Shown one piece after another: positions 54,840 to 64,000 of a stretch of DNA of 64,000 nt. How positions within the stretch are numbered: position 1 is the stretch's first letter; the number at the start of each line of letters is the position of its first letter. The translations under genes and the position numbers were made by a program. The DNA is taken from NCBI RefSeq assembly GCF_964355755.1, contig NC_092674.1:18910001-18974000 (forward strand). The letters are read 5' to 3'. The stretch is from Antedon mediterranea. Lineage: Eukaryota; Animalia; Echinodermata. The notes beneath the pieces were generated by a model. The model searched no databases, was not told the origin of the DNA, and saw nothing but the letters and a program-made list of their open reading frames with translations.

Positions 54840-57800
54840 ATGAAAGTACACCAGATTATCAAATCCAGACTAGCAGATGAAACACATCACATCTCAAACC
54901 GAACATCAAAAGAAAACAAGAAATCATTCCCAGCGTGATCGCGGATGCTACTTCTGTGGAGAAGAGAATCATCAAAGAAAGGACTGTAAACATGGTGGTC
55001 CAATCCGTTGCCGCAGTTGCTCACAATTGGGACACAAACGTGGTCACTTTAGTTGCCGAAACAACTAGGTGGTTGGCGAAGAAGCTAAAGCCATACCTGT
55101 ATATCAAAGGGAAGAGACTAGGGGTAATGTGAACTCGTATTTTCTAGTTGTAACAAATATAGTATTTTAACTAATATAATTGAAGATCAAAATATTGATG
55201 AACCTATTAATGTAAATATTAATATTAATAACCAATGTACTCCTAATGGTAAAAGCAAACAAACAAAGCGTAAAGTTATAAGACGTAGCAGGAAATTGAA
55301 ACGTAATTTAAATGAGAATTTCAAAATTGCTTATAACAATATAAGGGGATACAAAAGTAAAAAATACGAAGTACAACGTTTTTTAAACAAAAATAATATA
55401 AATATATTTGGGGTTGTAGAAACCTTTAAAAAAAATAATGATAAGATCAGTATCAAAGGTTACAATTGGATAGGTAAAAAAAGATCAGAAGAATTTAAGA
55501 AAAGCCAAGGTGGAATTGGTCTATTTATTAAAGAAAATATACAAATCTTAGATGATGATGTGTTAAATACAAGGTTTGATAGCCTAGAAAGATTATGGGT
55601 TAAAGTAAAATTAACAAACTCTCCAAGTACAGTATATTACATTGCAATAGTGTATTTTCCATGTGAAGGTACAGACCGAAATTTAATGGATGAACTATAT
55701 ATTTCTCTCTTAGCAGAGAATTAATTAGAAATCACACAAAGTTTTGACGATGCTAGCATCATTATTATTTGTGATTTCAATGGAAAAATTGGAGAGATAA
55801 TCAATGGTGGGGATGACGTAATCAATCACAATGGACAAGGGTTGATTAACTTTTCTAAAGATAGTGATCTCATTGTTCTCAACAGCACAATTAAATGTAC
55901 TGGTACTTTTTCATGGATCAAAAAACAACAACAAAGCGATCATAATGTAATGATTGAAATGTTGATTAACAACCAATTAAACAAATCAAAATATACAGAT
56001 ATTGAAACCGAAGATCAAGTAATGTGGAATATAAAGGCAGACCAAGACTGGGGACCTTTCCAACAATATTTAGATATACAATTTAGTGATTGGGACCCAA
56101 ATAATTTAGATGCAGATGAGGTCTGGAAACATTGGAAATCTATAGTAATCTCGGCCGCTAAAGAATGTTTTGGATATAAACCAAAATATAAACATGTTAA
56201 ACCATGGTTTGACAAAGAAATTGAACAGTCCCTGAAGACGAGAAAAGATGCCTGTCGAGCACACCGTAATTACCATAAATACAATCCACTTAATGATAGT
56301 ACATGTAATAATCTGTGGAATGATTATCAGGTCAAACGTAAACAAACTAAATTATTAATAAGACAAAAAATTATACAAACAAAAGTAGAAAATTGTTCAA
56401 AACTATTGGAAAAGGGAGGCCCTCAATGTCGTGACTTCTGGTATATGCTTAAAGGTAAAAAAGAGAAACAGACAGTAAAAGCAATAATAATACCTGGAAC
56501 TAATATTGTTACAACCGATAGGGAAACAATTAAGACGTCTCTTAAAATCCACTTTAATACATTAGGGAAAATGAACCAAAACCTAAAATGCGATGATCTG
56601 AACGGAACATGGCCAATAATCTGAATGATACTTTTAATTGGCAAGATGGAAATAATGAGAACACTATTGAAGAATTGAATTTTAGTCTAAATAATGTAGC
56701 CATAGCAATAACATATTGCAAAAACAATACAAGTCCAGGAATCGACACAATAACAAATGAAATGTTAAAGAATGGAGGTAATCAGATGACTGAGAACTTT
56801 GTTTAAAATGTTTAATAGATTGAAAGAATTGCAATGCATACCTAATGAATGGAATAAAGGTACAATAATACATGTAAAAAATCTAAACAACTATAGAGGT
56901 ATAACATTAAACTCTTGTGTATCGAAAGTCTACAATAGGATCATCGCCCAAACAGTGTCAAGTTTTATTGAGGAATATGATTTATTAGATGAAGTACAAG
57001 GAGGTTTTCGTAAGAATAGGTGTTGTGAAGACCATGTGTTTACCCTTAAAAGCATAATCGCAACCAGAAAAGCTGAAGGTAAAAAAACTTACCTTGCTTT
57101 CATAGACTTCAAAAAAGCATTTGACACTGTTTGGAGAGATGGCCTTATTCAGGCTGTCAACAATATCAAAGGAAATTTACTTAATATAATTAAGAACCTT
57201 TATCTGAATGTACAATGTAAAGTAGCATTTGGAAACACTGTTACAGATTATTTTGGTAATGACGAAGGTGTAAAGCAAGGATGTACTATTACCCTTATTG
57301 TTTTCAATATTCATTAACGAACTGTATAAAATGATTAAATGTAAGAACTTGGGTGTAAATATAGCCTCTTTTGGGCAGATGATGTGGTTTTAATTGCAGA
57401 GAATGAACGAGATTTGAATTCAGTATTAGAAATGACAGCTGAATTCTCACTAAAATGGAAACTTTCGTTTAATTATGAATAATCAAATGTTTTAATCACA
57501 GGCCAAAGAATCAATTTACACAGAAAATGGCGACTAGGTGAAAATTATATATTGGAAACAGAGACCTATAAATACCTTGGTGTACATATATCTCGATCAT
57601 TGTCTGATGTATGTCATATAAATGAAGTAATTAAGTAAGGTAACCGTATAATTGCTTACATCAAATCCATAATATCGGAACAAGTAGACTTTAACAGAGT
57701 CTACTATGGCGATTTGCTTTGGAAAATGATCGGACTACCTACCATAAACTATGCTAGCTCTGTTTGGCTCTGTAATGGGAAAACCTCACAAGACAAAATT

Positions 57801-58689
57801 GAGAATCTACAATATCAAATGGCTAGAATAATACTAAAAGCCCTGAGAAATGTTGCCAAAGAAGCATTGTATGGTGATTTGGGATGGCAAAGTATTATTT
57901 CCCTACAAAATGATTACAGAGTTCAATATTTTAACAGATTAAAGAATATGGAAGATTGTAGGTGGTCTCGATTACTTTTCAAGGCAATTTTATCTGTTCA
58001 AGAAAATATGACATGGCATTGGTTATCCAATGTTAAAAAGATATTTTAAATAAAACAAATTTTATAGACAAATTTAATCAAGAACCATCTACTAACTGGA
58101 TAAAGCAATTTAGGAAAAATAATAAACAGGTTGATCATAACGAGTGGTTTTCAAAGGCCCAATGCAAAACAACGTTAACGGAATATACTACTGTATGTAT
58201 AAAGGAACTCCAAACCTTGAACAATATTTATTAGATAAAACTAATTTTAAGAGTATTAATTTAAAATTTAAAACAAGATCAAACTCTCTAGATCTAGAGG
58301 GTCATAGACAATCCTGGTCAAGTCATAACATAGGATTATGTAAGATGTGTAGTACTAACGAAAAAGAAAGAGTAAACCATTTTTTATTTAAATGTCCTTC
58401 ATTAAACTCTGTTAGAAATGATGTATACTTGGATCTTAAGAACAACCTCATAGACAATAATTTAAGTATGTACTGGGATAATTTTAATTGTGGATCTCAA
58501 GAATTAAAACACCACTTTATGCTAGACAATTTATTCACTGAAAATGAAACATTAGGAGAAATCTTTGATTTTGATTGTAAAAAATATTTAATGAAAGCAT
58601 GGGTTACTAGATCTACAATTTTATCAACATTGCCTCTCTCAACTAATTGATTAATATAGCAAACAAGCTACAGATATCTCTATGAGGAT
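54840..58689 (+). mobile_element. Decayed LINE, RTEX-like (ORF1 zinc knuckles, APE, RT, C-terminal CCHC)
   Basis: CYFCGEENHQRKDC; YNNIRG..VVET..GGIG; FIDFKKAFDTVWRDGL, GVKQGC, WADD, YKYLG; CKMC..HFLFKC; several stops and frameshifts. Confidence 0.85.
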
Positions 58690-61600
58690 AATAATAATTC
58701 AACATTTATTAGTTTCTATCAATGGTATAACAATACAATAAAAAAGAATGATAATTTATAATGAGAAAATACAAAAAATACCATTAATAGAGGATCTTGC
58801 AAGAAGAGAATACTTGTCACGCAAGACCCATAATCAAAAGAAAAAAATACATTTGTATATAATTATTAAATAAAATAAAAGAAAGTCATGACAAAAACAG
58901 TTTGAAGGTCTAGTTTGAGTACAATGATAACAAATTACTTTTAAGTTTTTTACGAAAAGTTGGGAGAGAGGAAGAGTTAACAATACTAGTATCTAATTGA
59001 TTCCAAATTAAAGGGCCAGAAACATAAATAAAGTGGGAAGAACTAGTTAATCTTACAAAAGGAATAGTTAACTGAAACTTATGAACAGTACTTCTTAAAT
59101 TATGACCATGGTTGAAATCAGCAGTGTTAAATAAATTCATCATGGGAGAAGGAAGATTGTTAGAAAAATATTGAAAGACAAAAGAGGCACTTTGCAATTT
59201 ATGTATATCACCTAACTTCAGTAACTTAAGTTCATAAAATAAAGGTTCAGATGGAGTAATGCGAGACGTACAAGTAATATTTCTAATAGCACGCTTAATC
59301 AGCTTATTAAGTTTATCGAGATGTGATGGATAGTCAGCAGCCCAAATAATGTTACAATAATAAAGATGAGGTAAAATTAAAGAATTATATAATGAAAGAA
59401 GGATACGCCGGGGAAAAGTTTGCTTAAGATTATTTATAATCCCAATTGTTTTAGAAATTTTATTTGCAATATGATTCTGATGACTGGTCCATCTCAAGTT
59501 TTCCTGGATTAAAACACCAAGGAACATAGTCTCTGACGTTTGTTTAATGTTATCTCCATTAATAAATATATTGTAATCAGTAAGGTCTAACGATTGACGT
59601 TGTGTATGAAAAAGAATGTAATTGGTTTTCATGGAGTTTATAAGGAGTTTATTTGAGATGAACCAGTCATTATATTTTGACAATTCATTATTAACTATAG
59701 AAAATAAAACTTTTAAATCTGAATGAGAAAAAAATAGTGTACAGTGTCATCAGCAAAGGAGATGACATGGATGGTGTCACTGACTCTGGATAAGTCATTT
59801 ACGTAAATTAAAAAAAGGAGAGGGCCAAGAACCGACCCTTGTGGCACCCCACATGTCATCTCCTCCTCTGGTGATAAACAATTACCAAACGAGACATATT
59901 GCTTCCTCATACTTAAGTAACTACGAAACCAGTTTAAGGTAATACCCCTGATTCCATAATTGTTAAGTTTATTAATAAGTATACGGTGATCTATAATATC
60001 GAAGACATTGGATAAGTCGACAAAGACAGATAACAAAAATTTTCTTTTTTCAAAGGAGTTTGTTACATTATTTATGAGATCAAGGATTGCATGTGAAGTG
60101 GAATGAGATTTACGAAAACCATATTGATGAGCAAAGAGTACGTTATTGCAATCCAGGAACTCATAGAGACGGGAGTACATTAATTTTTCAATGATTTTGG
60201 AAAAGGTACTAAGTAGTGAAATGGGTCTGTAATTTGAAAGTATATCTTGTCTACCTTTCTTGAAAATTGGAATAACTTTTGCTAACTTTAAATAATTGGG
60301 AAAACTACCTGAAGAAAAAGATGAATTAATACAGAACGTAAGGTGATTAATAATGAATGGAGAAATCAATTTAATAACGTATGGTGTAACTCTATCATCG
60401 CCACCTCCTTTCTTTGGATCAAGATCATTTATAATTATCATCACTTCATGTTCAGTTACAGGATTTATAAAGAAAGAATGGAGAAGGGGATCAGGAAGAT
60501 ATAATTTTGGATTAATTAAGGAATCTGGCATTGCATTTTTAAGTGAAGTGCCAATTTGAGAAAAATATTTATTAAATTGATTACAAATATCTATTTCAGA
60601 TGTAATGGTATTGTCATTTATTGTAAGTTGTTTGGGATAGTTTCGACTTGACTTATTAGGGGATAAAACAGAATTAATAATGGACCAGGTTTTTTTAAGA
60701 TTCAGTTTCAGTTTCAGTTTCAGTTTCAGTTTATTTTCCATTTCAATTTATGAACATAAGATAAACAACTTATATGGATGGATAACCGTGTCAAATTGTA
60801 AAGAAAAATAATTCTTTTTTGCAGTGCGGCAAAGCTTATTAAACATATTGTTATATTTTGTGTATGTTATAGTTTGCGATTAGGATCTTGTGATAAAATA
60901 AATTTTTTGTATAATTTTTGCTTTTTTTTACTACATTTTCTAAGACCAGGCGACATCCATGGTTGTTTAGACATTTTAGTTTTGGGTACAGATTTATAGG
61001 TGGTATGTTTATCATGTATTATAGAATTTTAATAAAAATGTGTCAAAAGCGAGATTAGGTGTGGCGTTATAAACTTCAGACCAATCTTCGTTTATGATGT
61101 CATTACAAAAGGCATTAACATCCTGTATGCGGGGAGACTGTCTATCAATAGGCTTGTTATAATGGCATTGGTCATCATGAATAAGTTGAAAAATGGGAAG
61201 ATGGTCAGAAATATCTGTAATAAGAACACCGGAGAAAATATTAGAATGAGTTTGGTTGGTATAAGTGATCAATTAGAGAGGCAGTTGTTGTAGTTATTCT
61301 GGTAGGTTTCGATATAGTGGGATAAAAAGAATGTGAAAGAAGTAGATCAAGATAATTTCCAGTGCTGTGATGATTATGATATTTAATTAGATCAATATTT
61401 ATATCCCCCATAATGTGACACTTCTTATTTTCAGAATCAATTTTACTTAGAACACTGTCTAGTGATTCAGAAAAATGGTCAATACAACTTCAAGGTGGAC
61501 GGTATATTATACCGACAACAGTAGATTTTTTGTTATGGTTACTAAGTTCAATGAATAGAGATTCATAAGGCAGAGGAAGCAAGATGTCATGTCTGATTTT

Positions 61601-62368
61601 AACATTTATATCATTATGAACAAATAAAGCAACACCACCACCAATTCTAGTTGACCTATTTTTAGAGAAAAAAGTATAGTTATGTAAGGAGGGAGTTGGC
61701 GAGTTATCATATAGCCATGTCTCTGAGAGACCTACTATTGAGAAATCAATGCTTAAATTGTCTAACAGACGTATGAGTGGGTCTACTTTAGTTTTAATAC
61801 TTCTAATGTTCAGATGAAAAAGGGAAAGGCTAGTATTGGAATCATTTGTGAAGGTTGAATTAAACTTGTCACAATCATAATATGAACAGTTATCAAGAGT
61901 AGTTGATCTCGAGTTTAATTGATCGATTAAATCTGCTGACTGCTCATCAAAATTATCAAGGTTGTGAGTTAACGGATTAAAGTTAGGTAGATTCGAAGTT
62001 ACACTATCAATCATTATACAGTTGAACAATTAATATTATATATAATGTACATGACGCAAAAAGTTAAGTAAAATAAATAAAACATAAATAAATAAATATA
62101 CATACATAATTAATAAAAATATGAATACATTATATGCAAGTTCATTACAAAGTAAGTATTATAAATAAATAGTCAATTTCTTTGCTTCTTTGCTTCTTTG
62201 CTCCGCCAAATAATCAGGTACATGATGGTCCAACATAACATAATGGTTCTCGTATATGTAAATAAAAAACGCAATGCACACGTCTACTAGGCCTTCTAAA
62301 GGTAGAATATACGATTATATAAAATAGGCCTACGTGTCAATGTGCGATAAATACTTGAATAGTTGAAT
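58690..62368 (-). mobile_element. L2/CR1-group LINE, near-complete ORF2 (APE + RT), frameshifted
   Basis: HLNIRS..LSETWL..GGGVALFV..IYRPP; SDHLP; NYRPISLL, GVPQGSVLGP, FADDT; 3' stem-loop and AATAAA/(TTA)n tail. 5' boundary tentative. Confidence 0.9.
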
Positions 62369-63185
62369 AGGATGTATCTGTAAGTTTTATTTATTTATTT
62401 TTACTTATTTATTATCATATATTTTTGTTGTTCTGTTTTTATTTTTGTAAGTTATATATATTGTACATACAGTTTACGTATTATGTATTTTCATACAGAT
62501 CTAATTAATTAATTAGTTTACATTTTGTTCTGATGTTATGTGTTAGTATTTAGAACTTTGTACCTTGATGTTTCTTTGTATTTTGTCTGTAAAATGGATG
62601 CACCATTAACTGATAATGTGTGCCACTGATATAAAGGTGATTCCTATGAATAAATAAGCACTGTTGACCATCATTATGAGATTAGGGGAAGCTACTTAAC
62701 ACAATATAACAACACGCTCTTTTAGATATCGCTTGACATACGAACTATTGCCTACATGATTATAAAAATATGTGATAGTTGACATAGAGATGAAATAAAA
62801 TAAATCACCGTGATCAAGGGAAATAGTTATTGTGTAATTAAAATGTGACACCACCGTAATTAATGGACTCTTCCATAAATGATGCTGCATGCTGCTAGAA
62901 TACACACCCGCGAGTTCAGAGAGCACTTGGCCTGGGTAGAATATCTCATGCAAGTACTGTAAATATTAATTAATACAGTCGAGGATGACAATTTACCTTA
63001 ATTAAAAATTCAATAAACTTGTTACCACAATGTGGTTTTCAACCGTGATTAGACAGGCGTAACAAGCTAGGCCTACATTGCAGAGTAGTACAATATTTTT
63101 AATAGGCTAGGTAGGCCTCCTACTAGCTAGTTATTGAGGCTACTGTACACTGTTAACTAGCTTTTTAAGGGTGCGTGAGGAAGTT

Positions 63186-63266
63186 ACCGGTGTATAAGAC
63201 GTACCCAAAATTTAGAGGTCAAATTTGCGTGTCAAAAGTGCATCTTATACACCGAAATATACAGTA
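63186..63266. mobile_element. Terminal fragment of a pogo/Tigger-like element
   Basis: CGGTGTATAAGACG...CATCTTATACACCG inverted subterminal pair ending ATACAGTA; matching left end not found. Confidence 0.45.
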
Positions 63267-63719
63267 ATGTGATTTGTATGTATCTTTGCGATTAAAGGAC
63301 ATCTTTTTAATAATTAATCATAAATTAATCAAAATTGATATTTGAATATCTAAAACAAATAAATTGTGGTTCACGATTCAGTTGAATCACTAAAATCACG
63401 TTGCAGTTCACATAAAAGTAAAGGCCTTCAATAAAAGTTAAATTACTAAAACAAATTGTAGTTCACGTAAAGTAAATGCCTTTAATCAATATAATTGATT
63501 AGTTGAATATCTAAAACAAATTAATTTCAGTAGTTCACGATACGTTGAACCACTAAAATATTTTTTTATTTAATATTGAATGGCGCCACCAACGGCCATT
63601 TTGCCGGAAGTGACGGACCCGGAAGCCAGTTGAACAACAGCGCGAGTGTGTGAAAATAACCTGTGATATCCACAAATTTCGATAGGTAGCGCTAAATTTT
63701 GTCGTCGTAAAAAACAAAA

Positions 63720-63875
63720 GTGGAACAATAGCGTAGTACTGAAAATTAATGTTATCAAATCTACGTTTCGCGGTACATATAAAATAGATAAGGTAGGTAT
63801 CCCAGGCGGAGATTTATACCAAAGGTTTTGCATTGTGCTCGCCTATGTCAGAATTAACCATAATTTATATATAGA
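63720..63875 (-). mobile_element. Helitron-like 5' segment (family B)
   Basis: A|TCTATATATAAATTATGG start; homologous to 52167..52327. Confidence 0.55.
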
Positions 63876-64000
63876 TTTCCATAACTTTTCCATAATGAAA
63901 GTCAATTTTCTGGATTTTCAAAGGCCTTGAAAAAACGGACCTATAACTTTCCAAATCCTGTACGAACCCGGTGCTATAAAATACATTTTACCCCTATTTA

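Noticed and set aside
62696-62953. 85-aa minus-strand ORF as the next upstream VWA8 exon
   Set aside because: No resemblance to the expected GLPDFP-containing segment; that exon probably lies beyond the window.

Overview
AT-rich, intron-rich animal (probably marine invertebrate) genomic DNA; the organism cannot be determined from sequence alone. The whole window lies inside one minus-strand host gene, VWA8 (AAA+ ATPase/vWA protein). 21 internal coding exons (2873 nt, ~957 codons) splice in frame through canonical GT-AG junctions; both gene ends lie outside the window. The introns are packed with mobile DNA. The most complete element is a young 9.9-kb Ty3/Gypsy retrotransposon (two 612-bp LTRs identical by eye) with gag, a -1 frameshifted pol carrying an unusual HHDD RT motif, and a third non-env ORF with BTB/Skp1-like and RING-like features. 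It sits in a Harbinger-type element that is itself inside an L2/CR1 LINE. Also present: a pogo-family transposon carrying a divergent HIRAN-like second gene; non-autonomous CACTA-like, P-like, hAT-like, Kolobok-like and Tigger-like elements; Helitron-like elements; a Penelope fragment with a minimal hammerhead ribozyme plus a second orphan hammerhead; RTEX-like and L2-like LINEs; a tRNA-Asp(ATC)-like cloverleaf; and several minisatellites. Best candidates for undescribed biology: the Gypsy ORF3 (possible ubiquitin-ligase-like accessory protein in the env position with env-style splice signals) and the pogo+HIRAN two-gene element. All domain calls are by eye, not from database searches.
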